From contig NC_068985.1 of assembly GCF_001194135.2 (NCBI RefSeq), positions 80,621,999 to 80,669,497 of the forward strand: a stretch of DNA of 47,499 bases, in the 5' to 3' direction. A program made the translations under genes and the position numbers. The first letter of the stretch is position 1. Each line of letters begins with the position of its first letter. A model generated the notes under the pieces. It had not been told where the DNA came from and searched no databases. It saw only the letters and a program-made list of their open reading frames with translations. Source of the stretch: Octopus bimaculoides (Eukaryota). This document shows positions 1 through 13,717 of this stretch, piece after piece.

Positions 1-31
<31 letters not shown>

Positions 32-32
32 G

Positions 33-65
<33 letters not shown>

Positions 66-193
66 GCAAACATGTATAAATATATTCCTGCATATATGTA
101 TACATGTATATATGTGTGTGTATATATATATATATATATATACATATGCGCACAAACACACACACACACACACACACATACACACTCATATAT

Positions 194-428
194 ATTCTTT
201 TATTCTTTTATTTGTTTCAGTCATTTGGCTGTGGCCATGCTGGAGCACTGGAGCACTGCCCTTTTAGTTGAAGAAATCGACCCTAGGACTTATTCTTTGT
301 AAGCCTGGTACTTATTCAATCGGTCCCTTTTGCCAAACTGCTAAGTTATGGGGATGTCAACACACCAGCATGAGTTGTGAAGCAATGGTGGGAGGGGAAC
401 AAACACAGACACAAAGAGACATACATAA

Positions 429-470
<42 letters not shown>

Positions 471-633
471 ACATACAACAAGCTTCTTTTCAGTTTCCAT
501 CTGCCAAATCCACTCACAAGGCTTTGAGCAACCCGAGGCTATAGTAGAGGACACTTGCCCTAGGTGCCATGTAGTGGGACTGAACCTAGAACCATGTGGT
601 TGAGAAACAAGCTTCTTACCACACAATCATGCT
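194..633 (-). mobile_element. tRNA-derived SINE (family A) with internal microsatellite
   Basis: Reverse complement of the same head, core (ggcaccttgggcaagtgtctt-like), (TG/TA)n and tail seen at 12177-12589 and 23638-24075. Confidence 0.85.
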
Positions 634-963
634 ATATATATATGCATACATACATATATATACGTATACATACATATATATATGTATACATACATATATA
701 TATGTATCCATAGACATAAATACAGCTGTAAGATATTATCCCAATTTCTATTGTTCTATGTTATATATTTTAATAATTAAAGATATTTTATATATTATAT
801 ATGTAAAGCATCATATGTTATACATGTATGTATATTGTTATAGTTGTCCTTTTAGTAAATAAATAAATTGACATAATGTAATGTCTAAAAGTTGATGAAT
901 ACCACCTGTTGATCTCCTCCATTTTCTTATTACTCTATCTGTCTGTCTCTCTCTCTCTGTATA

Positions 964-1005
<42 letters not shown>

Positions 1006-1033
1006 CATATCTATATCTATATATATATATATA

Positions 1034-1189
1034 GCAGCAGGAGTGACTGTGTGGTAAGTGGCTTGCTTACCAACCACATGGTTCTAGGTTCAGTCCCACT
1101 GCATGGCACCTTGGGCAAGTGTCTTCTACTATAGCCCTGGGCCGACCAAAGCCTTGGATTTAGTAGACAGAAACTGAAACAAGCCAGTT
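1034..1189 (+). mobile_element. SINE family A, 5' part running into a gap
   Basis: gcaggagtgactgtgtggtaag...ggttcagtcccactgcatggcaccttgggcaagtgtcttctactatag head and core. Confidence 0.85.
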
Positions 1190-1805
1190 NNNNNNNNNNN
1201 NNNNNNNNNNNNNNNNNNNNNNNNNNNNNNNNNNNNNNNNNNNNNNNNNNNNNNNNNNNNNNNNNNNNNNNNNNNNNNNNNNNNNNNNNNNNNNNNNNNN
1301 NNNNNNNNNNNNNNNNNNNNNNNNNNNNNNNNNNNNNNNNNNNNNNNNNNNNNNNNNNNNNNNNNNNNNNNNNNNNNNNNNNNNNNNNNNNNNNNNNNNN
1401 NNNNNNNNNNNNNNNNNNNNNNNNNNNNNNNNNNNNNNNNNNNNNNNNNNNNNNNNNNNNNNNNNNNNNNNNNNNNNNNNNNNNNNNNNNNNNNNNNNNN
1501 NNNNNNNNNNNNNNNNNNNNNNNNNNNNNNNNNNNNNNNNNNNNNNNNNNNNNNNNNNNNNNNNNNNNNNNNNNNNNNNNNNNNNNNNNNNNNNNNNNNN
1601 NNNNNNNNNNNNNNNNNNNNNNNNNNNNNNNNNNNNNNNNNNNNNNNNNNNNNNNNNNNNNNNNNNNNNNNNNNNNNNNNNNNNNNNNNNNNNNNNNNNN
1701 NNNNNNNNNNNNNNNNNNNNNNNNNNNNNNNNNNNNNNNNNNNNNNNNNNNNNNNNNNNNNNNNNNNNNNNNNNNNNNNNNNNNNNNNNNNNNNNNNNNN
1801 NNNNN

Positions 1806-2596
1806 GTTTAATGTCCGCTTTCCATGCTAGCATGGGTTGGACGATTTGACTGAGGACTGGTGAACAAGATGGCTACACCAGGCTCCAATCTGATTTGGCA
1901 GAGTTTCTACAGCTGGATGCCCTTCCTAACGCCAACCACTCAGAGAGTGTAGTGGGTGCTTTTACGTGCCACCGGCACGAAGGCCAGTTAGTAGGTACTG
2001 GCAACGGCCATGCTCGAAATGGTGTATTTTACGTGCCACCTGCACAGGAGCCAGTCCAGCGGTACTGGCAATGAACTCGCTTGAATGTCTTCTCACGTGC
2101 CACTAGCACAAGTGCCAGGAAGGCGATGTTGGTAACGGTCACACTCAAATGCTGCTATTTTACATGCCACCGGCACGAAAGCCAAACAGCTTGTGCTCTG
2201 CCAACGATCACGCTCGGACGGTGCTCTTAGTGATTTACTGGTACTGGTGCCATCACGATTTTGTTTTCGCTTGCCCCAACAGGTCTTTGCAAGCCGAGTT
2301 TAGTGTTCAATGAAGACGTTGGCATGGGTGCCAGTCTACAAATTTAGTTCGATTTCGATTTCACTTGCCTCAACGAGTCTTCGCAAGCGGAGTTTAGTGT
2401 CCAAAGAAGGAATGTTACGCATAAGTGGGCTGGCTACATCCCTGGCAGAGGCCTAGCATTTTGGTCTCACTTGGCTTGCCGGGTCTTCTCACGCACAGCA
2501 TATTTCCAAAGGTCTCAGTCAGAAGTCATTGCCTCGGTGAGGCCTAATGTTCAGAGGTCGTGCTTTACCACCTCACCCCAGGTCTTCCTGGGCCTG

Positions 2597-2598
<2 letters not shown>
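1806..2598 (-). mobile_element. RTE-clade LINE 3' end (ORF C-terminus and 3' UTR)
   Basis: Reverse complement reads GRPRKTWGEVVKHDL...LWKYAVREKTRQAK, followed by the 3' UTR homologous to 8590-9210. Confidence 0.85.
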
Positions 2599-2644
<46 letters not shown>

Positions 2645-2692
2645 TAAATATATACAAATATATATACACACTCACACACTCACACACACATA

Positions 2693-2912
2693 TAGGACCA
2701 CTCAATCAGCTATGACTACAAGGGTCCCAGCTGATATACGGTCCCAACTGATATGATCAATGGAACAGCTTGCTCATGAAATTAACATGCAAATGGCCAA
2801 GCATTCTACAGACACATGTACCCTTAGTTCTCAGGGAGATACAGCATGACATAGAGTGGGACAAGGCTGGCCCTTTGAAATACAGGTGCTATTCATTTTT
2901 GCCATCTGAGTG
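2693..2912 (-). mobile_element. SINE-like repeat fragment
   Basis: Ends in ctcatttttgccatctgagtga, resembling ctcatttctacagctgagtaaac of the SINE at 44028-44338; head lost into microsatellite and gap. Confidence 0.5.
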
Positions 2913-2926
2913 AATATATACACACA

Positions 2927-2978
<52 letters not shown>

Positions 2979-3247
2979 NNNNNNNNNNNNNNNNNNNNNN
3001 NNNNNNNNNNNNNNNNNNNNNNNNNNNNNNNNNNNNNNNNNNNNNNNNNNNNNNNNNNNNNNNNNNNNNNNNNNNNNNNNNNNNNNNNNNNNNNNNNNNN
3101 NNNNNNNNNNNNNNNNNNNNNNNNNNNNNNNNNNNNNNNNNNNNNNNNNNNNNNNNNNNNNNNNNNNNNNNNNNNNNNNNNNNNNNNNNNNNNNNNNNNN
3201 NNNNNNNNNNNNNNNNNNNNNNNNNNNNNNNNNNNNNNNNNNNATAT

Positions 3248-3404
3248 ATTTGGCATTAGGAAGGGCATCCAGCTGTAGAAACTCTGCCAAATCAGACTGG
3301 AGCCTGGTGTTGCCATCCGGTTTCACCAGTCCTCAGTCAAATCGTCCAACCCATGCTAGCATGGAAAGCGGACGTTAAACGATGATGATGACCATGATGA
3401 TGAT
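3248..3404 (+). mobile_element. RTE-type 3' tail with (GAT)n terminus
   Basis: aggaagggcatccagctgtagaaact...ccaacccatgctagcatgg...gatgatgat, same motif set as 9063-9210. Confidence 0.8.
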
Positions 3405-4015
3405 ATATATATATATACACACACATATATATATATATATATACATATATCTATATATAAATACATACAAATATATATACATACATATATATATATATAT
3501 ATATGCACACATATATATATTTCTCTTTCATCCTATCTCTAATTCCTTTTTTTTCTCTCCTTCACTATTTTCTATCTGTCTGTCTCTCTCCCTCTTTGTC
3601 TTTTACTTTGTCTCATTACTCACACGTGACAATCGTCCATCTTTCTTTTCCTTTAGGGCTGTCGTAAATGCTGCATATATCCTATCTATCCCTCCATTCT
3701 ATCTTTTCTCTTGTGAAAGAAAATATTTCTCCAGCATTCGCTATTTTATGTTCGTCTGTTTGTTTTCGTTCAGTTTTCTTGTATGTCTCCACTGTGCTGT
3801 TTTTGTTACCAACTTTGACCCTCCATAAATCCCAAATTTTATTTTGGCTTTTGTGGGATCAACTGCGTTTGAAGACTCATATTGTTGTTCAATGCTTGAA
3901 ATGATGAGTAGATGGACAGCTGAGAACTGTTCTTTATGTTACTTGTCCTGTTTTCCATTTGTTTCTCTCATTTGTTTTCGTATTTCATGTTGTTTACAGT
4001 TTGTGATGTCCTGTA

Positions 4016-4055
4016 CCCATATATGCATATATATGTATATATATATATATATATG

Positions 4056-4108
<53 letters not shown>

Positions 4109-4111
4109 ATG

Positions 4112-4177
<66 letters not shown>

Positions 4178-4286
4178 TGAATATATATATACATATATTA
4201 TTTATATTAATATTTGATTGAATGCCATGCATCCATTTCCAAGTAAGTTTATCTATACACACACACACACACACACACGCACACAG

Positions 4287-4324
<38 letters not shown>

Positions 4325-4325
4325 G

Positions 4326-4409
<84 letters not shown>

Positions 4410-4437
4410 TATATGTACATATATATGTACATATATG

Positions 4438-4468
<31 letters not shown>

Positions 4469-4575
4469 GTACATATATATGTACATATATGTACATACAT
4501 ATATACATATATATACACATATATACATATGCACACACATATATACACACACACACATGACTATCTGTTTATCTA

Positions 4576-4613
<38 letters not shown>

Positions 4614-4630
4614 TGTCTGTCTGATTTCTG
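4016..4630. repeat. Compound (TA)n/(TG)n/(CA)n/(TACA)n microsatellite block
   Basis: Direct inspection; source of many spurious YI/HT/CV ORFs. Confidence 0.95.
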
Positions 4631-5949
4631 TCTGTCTATCTATCTATCAAACTTTAAAGACATCTTGAAATTCAAAGATGTGCTCTGTATTGTAAATTTC
4701 TTGATTTGAAGCCTAATCATTTTGAAAGTTGTAGAAATAAAAGAAAACGTAAGTAAAATTATGTGAAATGTATTCTTCACTTTAGCTAGCACTATATTTA
4801 GAGGAGAATAACAACAAAAAACAGAAATGAAAAATGCTGAAAAGAAAAAAATTTGCTTCTATGAGAAGAGACAGCTTATTTGAAAAAAAAAAAAGTGTGA
4901 TTTATATATTTTGTTTCCAGAGCATATAAATATGGCTGCTGAGAACTTCAGTTATCAATGATTTGAAAGAGATACCAGACAGCAGACATAGTTTCAGTAA
5001 TGTCATAAATGATTTGTTGGAACTCCATGGAGAGGTGTATGGTTCTTTGGCATTTATCTTATCAGATATGCAAACTAATTTCATTGAAAAGGAGATATAC
5101 ATCTCCGTCTGGACTTTGAACTGAGCATGTGGGAGGAAATTCTGGGTGTGAAATCACTTCCTGAATGAAACTCTAGCATCACCAAAGGTGCAGTTATGCT
5201 GAGTCGAATCAGATGGTAAGATTTTGATCTATAGACTGCTATCTGATAGAAAAACATGGCATCAATTGACTGGCGCTATTATAGACTTCCTGAACCAATC
5301 TATTTATTTTATTCCAAAGTGCATGTAAATGTCAACATCAGAATCATGAACAAAGGTTTCTTCAATACGATTAAAAGACTTGAAATTATTCAATAAAGGA
5401 TTTTATAATTCATATTGTTCACTGAATGTTAATATTCGTCTTTCTTCTTACAATTTTCTTAATCTCTCTATCTTTCTTGCTAGCCTGTTTAGATATATGA
5501 GGTTTAAATTTAAATGTCAACTGTGATATTTTTCAGCTCATTTCAAGGCTATAATTATATTCAAGAGATAAGCTGAAAAAAAAAATCTTTATGGTCAACT
5601 TACTTAGAGAACTGAGTCAAGAAAATAAAAATAGTTAAAACATTTCTTAAAATGTAAATGAATCAGATATCTCTTAATGAATCTCTTAAATGATAGCTTT
5701 GACCTAAGTATCTGCGAAGAAATGGCAAAATGTTATTGCATTCAGTAATACTCACTCCCTAACAATATCAACTATTCCTCTATCACTGAATATAGAATAA
5801 AAATTTCCAGTGTCACTCATGAATGAGGAAGATGACACTGTGCACATGCAAGCATTTATACACATGCACACATATACATTTATACACACATATATGCAAT
5901 CACATACACGTTATGATTTTTATTATATAATATTTATTGTTGGTTAGTC

Positions 5950-6130
5950 TTAGGTAAGATTTAAGCCAACTCTGTCCATCCCGTCATTCTTTTGTTTAGA
6001 CATGGAGAGCCTAGGACCACATTATCCAAAGTGTCCTTCTTTTTAAAGAGAGTAGGATGCAATTAGAGAATGTTTTGCTTGCTATTTCCAGTAGATTGAG
6101 CAACCACTTTCAGGATTTCTTGGGTAGCTT
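5950..6130. mobile_element. Old interspersed repeat (family D)
   Basis: Similar to 18745-18965 and 42590-42770 (taggaccacatt...cttttt aaaga...ctatttc(c/t)ag). Confidence 0.5.
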
Positions 6131-7581
6131 TATATTATTTGTTTTTCTAATGTCACTTTTTAGAGAGTCTTTTGTCAAACTTGTTTGTAAGGAAGTCATG
6201 ATTTTTCATATTTTTTTTACCATGCTCTTCTGAAAGAGAAGTTATAATATAAATAGCCAAATGACTATCACAGAGAATTAAAACTGGGGTGGAAACTGGA
6301 ATTGATGCTTTCATTTGTTCAATGTAACAAGGATCAGCACAGGGATAGATTCATTGAGGTAGTCCCCTTCTGCAACCATAAGTTTTCCTCCACCTTCTTG
6401 AAACTATGGAGATAAAAATAAATTTAAAAGTAATAAATAATAAGTGTAATAGTTTACGTTAGGTTGAATTGAAACCTCGAAGATTGGTTTTGATACTGCA
6501 GCCTGTTTGGCTATTCTAAATTGTCACTTTTTATTATTTTTTTTTTGGAATCCTCCAATCATTTACATAAGCTGGTCCATTTTGTTTATATATATTTGCT
6601 CTNNNNNNNNNNGAAATTGTTTTTACTGATGGATACCTGCGGTGTGCTGTAATTGTTTTTGACTCATGTGTGGTGAACCTTTTTGGACATGGTGAGTGGA
6701 ATTGAACTTTTGCCTGTTGATACCTGCTGGGTGCCTGTTGTTCGCTCTTGTGTGTGCTGGATTGGTGCGAACTTGCCTTTTGGAGTCTACTGGTTTTGAG
6801 GTGTGAAATGTGCCCGAGGGCTTTGAAGAACTTTGAACTTTAATTCTAAGTGGTGTTAAATCACTTCTGTCCTTGTTTTTTTTCAACCGATAGACTACTT
6901 TATGGTACCTCATTTCTTCATTTCATTTTATTTTACTATATCGACTTATATTATATTATATTATTATATCATATTATATATTTGAAATTTTTACTCCTTC
7001 CGTATTAATTTTTATTCGTATTTATTTTAACTTTTTTAACTTCTATGAAATGATATTCACATGTATTGCCTTATACCTTTAACTCAATTTTTTTCAGTTC
7101 CATGTTATCGGTTGAAGCAATATATTCGTGTATAAAAATTTTATACTATATGCTATATTTTTATTTATTTATTATTTCTTCTTGCGTTATTTCTTCTTAT
7201 TCCTTATGTTTGATGGNNNNNNNNNNNNNNNNNNNNNNNNNNNNNNNNNNNNNNNNNNNNNNNNNNNNNNNNNNNNNNNNNNNNNNNNNNNNNNNNNNNN
7301 NNNNNNNNNNNNNNNNNNNNNNNNNNNNNNNNNNNNNNNNNNNNNNNNNNNNNNNNNNNNNNNNNNNNNNNNNNNNNNNNNNNNNNNNNNNNNNNNNNNN
7401 NNNNNNNNNNNNNNNNNNNNNNNNNNNNNNNNNNNNNNNNNNNNNNNNNNNNNNNNNNNNNNNNNNNNNNNNNNNNNNNNNNNNNNNNNNNNNNNNNNNN
7501 NNNNNNNNNNNNNNNNNNNNNNNNNNNNNNNNNNNNNNNNNNNNNNNNNNNNNNNNNNNNNNNNNNNNNNNNNNNNNNNNN

Positions 7582-7616
<35 letters not shown>

Positions 7617-7617
<1 letters not shown>

Positions 7618-9210
7618 TGGATCAGGTAATGAAGGTCATGGAGAGGGTCATAGCCCAACTAATTAGGGAGAGGGTCAGTTTAGATTAGATGCAGTTTGGG
7701 TTCATGCTAGGGAAAAGCACCACAGATGCTATATTTCTAGTAAGACAGCTGCAAGAGAAATACCTAGCAAAAGATAAACCTCTGTACCTGGTTTTTGTTG
7801 ACATGGAGAAAGCCTTTGACAGAGTCCCCTGATCCCTTATCTGGTGGTCAATGAGGAAACTAGAGATAGATGAATGGTTAGTGAAAGCTGTACAGGGATG
7901 CTGTCAGTAAAGTGAGGGTTGGCAACGAGTACAGTGAAGAATTCCGGGTAGGAGTAGGGGTCAGTAGTGGGGGGGAGTAGATGCTCTGAAAGTGTAGCTG
8001 CTACAATAAGAATAGCCTTGGCAAAGTTCAGAGAGCTCCTACCTCTGCTGGTGACAAAGGGTCTCTGGCTCAGAGTAAAAGGTAAACTGTATGACGCATG
8101 TGTACGAACAGCCATGCTACATGACAGTGANNNNNNNNNNGCTCAGAGTAAAAGGTAAACTGTATGACGCATGTGTACGAACAGCCATGCTACATGACAG
8201 TGAAACATAGGCTGTGACTGCTGAGGACATGTGTAAGCTTGCAAGGAATGAAGCCAGTATGCTCTACTGGATGTGTGATGTCAGTGTGCATATACGACAG
8301 AGTGTAAGCACCCTGAGAGAAAAGTTGGACTTAAGAAGCATCAGATGTGGTGCGCAAGAGAGATGACTGCACTGGTATGGTCGTGTGTTGTGAATAGATG
8401 AGCACAGTTGTGTGAAAAAGTGTCACACCCTAGTAGTTGAGGGAACCTGTGGAAGAGGTAGACCTAGGAAGACCTGGGATGAGGTGATGAAGCACAACCT
8501 TTGAACATTAGGCCTCACCGAGGTAATGACTAGTGACTGAGACCTTTGGAGATATGCTGTGCTTGAGAAGACCCAGCAAGCCAAGTGAGACCATAACCTG
8601 TGGCTTATGCCAGTGATGTATAACCAGCCCACTTATGAGTACCCTTTATTCATTGAACAATAAACTTTGCTTGCAAAGACCTGTTGAGGCAAGTGAAATC
8701 AAGATCAAAATTGCTGACGTGGCCCATAACAGTATTGCCTGATTGGCACTCATGCCAGTGGAACGTTAAAAGCACCATCCAAGCGTGATCTTAGCCAGGG
8801 CCGCTGACTGGCTCCCATGCCAGTGGCACATAAAAAGCACTATTCGAGTGTGATCGTTGCTAGCATTGCTTTACTTGCACATGTGCTGGAGGCATGTGAA
8901 AAACAACATTCGAGTGTGGTTGTTGCCAGTGCCACCAAACTGGCTCCCATGCAGGTGGCATGTAAAAAACACCTTTTGAGCATAGTCGTTGCTAGTACCA
9001 CCTGACTGGCCTTTGTGCCATTGTTATGTAAAAGCACCCACTACACTCTTGGAGTGGTTGGTGTTAGGAAGGGCATCCAGCTGTAGAAACTTTGCCAGAT
9101 CAGACTGGAGCCTGGTGCAGCCTTCTGTCTTGCCAGTCCTCAGTCAAACCGTCCAGCCCATGCCAGCATAGAAAGTTTACGCTAAACGACAGAAATGATG
9201 ATGATGATAT
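7617..9210 (+). mobile_element. 5'-truncated, internally deleted RTE-clade LINE (RT fragment, C-terminus, 3' UTR, (GAT)n tail)
   Basis: LDQVMKVMERVIAQLIRERVSLD*MQFGFMLGKSTTDAIFLVRQLQEKYLAKDKPLYLVFVDMEKAFDRVP is RT domain sequence; then RVKGKLYDACVRTAMLHDSET; stops and deletions present. Confidence 0.92.
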
Positions 9211-9221
9211 ATATATATAAT

Positions 9222-9276
<55 letters not shown>

Positions 9277-9284
9277 GTACATGT

Positions 9285-9505
9285 ATCTTTGTGTCTATAT
9301 TTGTCCACCACCACTGCCTGACAACTGGTGTTGGTGTATTTACCATTCTGTGGTTTAGTGGTTTGGCAAAAGAGACCAATCGAATAAGTAACAGGCTTAA
9401 ACAAAAACAAATAAAAAGTATTGGGATTGATTCATTCAATTGAAATTTATGGAGTTCTTGCCCCAGCATGGCTACAGTCTAAAGCAAGTAAAAGACAAAA
9501 GATAG
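9285..9505 (+). mobile_element. SINE family A, 3' half
   Basis: tgtttgtcc...tttggcaaaagagacc...ccccagcatggctacagtc tail shared with 23860-24050. Confidence 0.75.
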
Positions 9506-9753
9506 CACAATGGTGTTGTTTAAAATGCATTTGATCATAGGTCTTCTGGATAAGATCAGATCTTGGCTGTCTCACACCATCTCATCATAATCACCATTTC
9601 TACCACCATCAGTACGACTACTACTAACCATAATAACATTAACTACATCAAAGTATACTTAGCAATGCATTTAGATGTAATTATCAACGATTTTTCTTCT
9701 TTACCACAAACTATGTATATATCTTATTTTGTTTTCATATTCATTTTGTTTAG

Positions 9754-9869
9754 GGTGTCACTGAAGGTTATAATGGGACTATTTTTGCCTATGGCCAGAC
9801 AGGCTGTGGGAAGTCTTTTACTATGCAAGGAGTCAAGGATCCAACAACACAAAGAGGAATTATTCCCAG
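9754..9869 (+). CDS. KIF17: Internal coding exon of a kinesin-2 (KIF17/OSM-3-like) motor domain, containing the P-loop
   Basis: Polypyrimidine tract and tttag acceptor at 9752-9753, gtaagg donor at 9870. Translates [38 protein letters not shown](R), matching the kinesin GQTGxGKS/T P-loop and closely resembling KIF17 ([26 protein letters not shown]). Phase 0 start, phase 2 end. Confidence 0.88.
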
Positions 9870-10107
9870 GTAAGGAAATTTACTTAATTTCAAAAAAAAA
9901 AAAAAATATTTAAATACTGCTGCTGTAGCTGCTGCTACTACTACTACTGCTGCTGCCACTACCATGATAATCATCATCACCCTTGCTATTGCTACAACTG
10001 AGTATATATAACATATATGTTAAACTGGGTGCACTTAGAGCTAGGTAATTTCAGCACCATGCAGTTCTTTTTGTCAGGATACAAAGCTGTTGTTCCCTTG
10101 GTACCTA

Positions 10108-10619
10108 ATCAATTCTTGGATGAGGACAGCTGCATAAAGAAGTGCTAAGTTCTAACTGTGAAGGGTACCTGTGGAAGGGGGGTAGGCCCAGGAAGATGTA
10201 GGTTGAAGTGGTGAGAAAGGATCTTGGGATGCAGGGCTTCACCAAGGAAATGACAAGGGACTGGCAGAGGTGGTGATTTGCTGCACTTGACAAAACATGT
10301 TAAGCTAAGTAAAATTGCTTGTCTTCTACACATACAGGCTTGTCCTTTCTGGTGCTGGTGTCACATAAGAAGTACCTGTTCTGGTGCTGCGTTAATGCAC
10401 CTATGCTGGTGTTGTGTAAATGCACCCATGCCAGTGGCATGTAAAAAATACCTAACCCACTCTGCTAAGTGGTTGGAATTAGGAAGGGCATTCAGCCATA
10501 GAAACCATGCCACAATAGACAGTTGGAGTCTGGACAACTCCCTGCTAGTCAGCTCCATGTCAAACCGTCCAACCCATGCCAGCATGGAGAGCAGATATTA
10601 AACAACGATGATGATGATC
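10108..10619 (+). mobile_element. RTE LINE 3' fragment
   Basis: DEDSCIKKC*VLTVKGTCGRG..RPRK C-terminus, then ccagtggcatgtaaaaa motif and ccaacccatgccagcatgg-(GAT)n tail. Confidence 0.8.
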
Positions 10620-10990
10620 TAGTCACCACTTATTTTCTGAGTGGAGCAGTTTGAGATGGTTCTTGCTGTATTAATACTTTCTTTACTTAGCTTTTATAAC
10701 ATCATGTAAATATCTTTACACACTTGTCTAACTACTAAACTGGCTAGTTTACTGTATAATTGCCAACTGAGTTCAAGTTTTCACCTAAATGTTATTTTGG
10801 ATGAGATGAGCTCTGATCTTGTATGGTTGACTTGTCTTAGATACAGCTAGATGAAGGCAGCAAATTTAGTGATGCTTCAATGTCCAGTGTTTTATGAGCT
10901 GATCTTTTTATTGCCATCATATGTGTCTGACAGTGGTGTTTGTTTTCACACAATTAAAGATTTCTTTCATTTGATTTCTCTTTAGTCAAC

Positions 10991-11025
<35 letters not shown>

Positions 11026-12176
11026 TAGATAGATAGAGAGAGAGAGTGTGTAATCTACTTTTACATTTTGTTGTGACTTTTCTCCTACTCTTTGCAATAT
11101 TTCCCCTCCATATCTGGAGTTATAGGTGGCTGAGAGAATAGCAAAATAAGCTTATCAGCTGAATGGAATGGTCAGACTGCTTGTATGCTGTCACTGTCTT
11201 GTATGCTGTAACTCTTAATTCTCATTGGCTCAGTTTTACCTGGCTGCAATAAATATCTTCAGATTACTATAAAAAATATACCAATATGTGTTTCAATGAT
11301 TTGCACTGCTGATTCAAAACCTCCTCTGAGTATAGATTGATGAAGAATGATTTTTTCTACCAATATGTCCTAGATACACCGAAGAAGATAAAGTTTTAAG
11401 AAGGTACTCCTAATATATTATGGATTATGGGATTCCCTTTTTGTTTTGCATTTTCTTCCCTAGTTTATGCTATCATTTTGTCAAGGTATATTTAAATCTA
11501 ACTGACAATCAAAAAGACAAGAAAGAAGTTTATCATACCTTATATTTGATCTAGTAAACATCTACTACCTAATTATTAGCTGTCTTTCATTGTGCTTGAT
11601 ATCATACTTGCAATGCTATGGAAGACACTGCAGCATTTGCAATATCCATTTTGCATTCCTTTTATGTACATTTAGCTGATACACTTCATTGTTGTATGTA
11701 AAGGTATTTTGCATAATTGATGAATTATTTGTGGAGCTGGATTGCTGAGCTAAAATTCTTTCATGGTTAACTAATATTCTATAAGAGGATATGTACAAAG
11801 ATTAGAAGTGTATTTTATTAGTATATTGATTTTTTTTAAAATTTAAAAACAACAAGATGCTGGCTTTGTAGTTGATCATCTGGACTAGATACTTACTTAG
11901 TAGTATCAGGATTTGTTTACAAGTCTGAATACTGCCAAGACTGATTTTCTTCTTTATTATGTTGCAGCTGGCAAAATGCATATTATTTCCATTATAACAA
12001 AAATAAGGATCAGAAATCTAGATTATACATAACATATTTAGTTTATGAATTTCTTGCAGCTGTTTGTTTTGTAAATTCTATTGAATAAAGTTGCTTCTTT
12101 ATGCAGTTGCAACTGTAAGGCACATTAAAGATAAAGCTAGTTCATTGTTGGCTGGAAGAAAAAAGCTCATAACATA

Positions 12177-12334
12177 GGTGCAGGCATGGCTGTGTTGTAA
12201 GAAGTTGCTTCCCAACCACATGGTCTGGGTTCAGTTCCATTGCATGGCACCTTGGGCAAGTGTCTTCTGCTACAGTTTTGGCCTGACCAAAGCCTTGTAA
12301 GTGGATTTGGTAGATGGAAAATGAAAGAAACTTG

Positions 12335-12386
<52 letters not shown>

Positions 12387-12589
12387 ATATATATATATTT
12401 CTGTGTTTGTCCCCTCCCCATCATTGCTTGACAACCGTGTTTAAGTCCCCGTAACTTAAAGAAACTGATAGAATTAGTACTAGGCTTACAGAGAACAAGT
12501 CCTGGAGTTGATTTGTTCAACTAAAACCCCTTAAAGTGGTGCCCCAGCATGACCACAGTCTAATGACTGAAACAAGAAAAAGATAAAAG
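12177..12589 (+). mobile_element. SINE family A, full length, internal (TA)n
   Basis: Head, core ccttgggcaagtgtctt, (TA)n at 12338-12398, tail. Confidence 0.85.
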
Positions 12590-13717
12590 GTAGAAGATTA
12601 AGTTGAATGCCAGAATTTGAGGTTAGTTGTAGCATGCATTAGCATAAATGACACTATTGCTAGTCTCCTTGAATTTGTCATTTTTTTTTGTTCGACAGTC
12701 CTAACCATGTCCATCCAAAAATAACTATCCATATCAAAGTTGTCTTTGAATTTAACATTCTATCTGTAAAAGTTTATATATCATCATACTTATTTATGAG
12801 AGTCTTTAACGAATGTGTAAAGGGAATTAATATGACTTACTGCTTTTTTTGTGTTTTCTTGGAATGATTTAAAACAAAATTGTATATTTAGCTGCTTAGC
12901 CATGTGGAGAGCTTGATACTGTAATATATTTTATAATTGGAAGCAACTAAAAAGTAAAAAAACATAAAAACTTCTTTTAAATCTATTTTTAAAATAGATA
13001 ACTCTTGTTTAAAATTGATAAATGATAAGCAGCTTGTAAAAATTTGAAAAGTTTATTTAGTAAGTTAAATGAATTAGGAAAAAATACTTTGTTCAATTTA
13101 ATTTTCTCTAGCAAAATCAATTTTGCTTGGTGTAAATCTACCTTTTGCTGAAAAATTGTTCGTGTATCTATGAATATTATTAATTTATTATGGATTGACA
13201 TTTACACTTTGCAATTTTTTCTTTTTTTTTATGTGGGGTGGATATTAATTAAAAATAAAAGCAAAAAATAATGAATTTATTTTCAGAATATCAATTTATC
13301 TTGATATTTTTGATACATTTTTAACAGTTAAAATAGGTATTTTTTTGAAAGATTAAAATTTCATGATAAATGAATTAAAACTGAAAATGTTTATAGATTA
13401 ATATATTTAATTTTTATTTTAATTTAATTTAATTTTATTCTATACCTTTCCATTTTATCACCTGAAAACTACAGTTTAAAGATAAATTCTCCAAATATTT
13501 TCTGTTTCTATGACATTTTTGTCAATTTTCATGTAGTTTTTCTTTTGTTGTTTTATTTTTCAAGGCATAAATACCTTGGAATTGGTTGAATGTTTTCCAT
13601 ATTTCTGAAATCCTGAACTTCACTATTAAGCCAGTGATCAAACAAATATAATGGTAGTTATGTTTCATTTCCAGAGTTGAAGTAACTGTATAGATAAGGC
13701 ACTAGATTACCAGATTT

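Noticed and set aside
30-4709. YI/HT/CV-repeat and X-rich ORFs here and throughout the track
   Set aside because: Translations of dinucleotide microsatellites and N gaps
6623-6913. 96-aa minus-strand ORF
   Set aside because: No motif or splice support; next to a gap; possibly a decayed retroelement terminus but not assignable
8072-8203. 63-bp tandem duplication in the RTE
   Set aside because: Identical sequence on both sides of a 10-N gap is typical of an unmerged contig overlap
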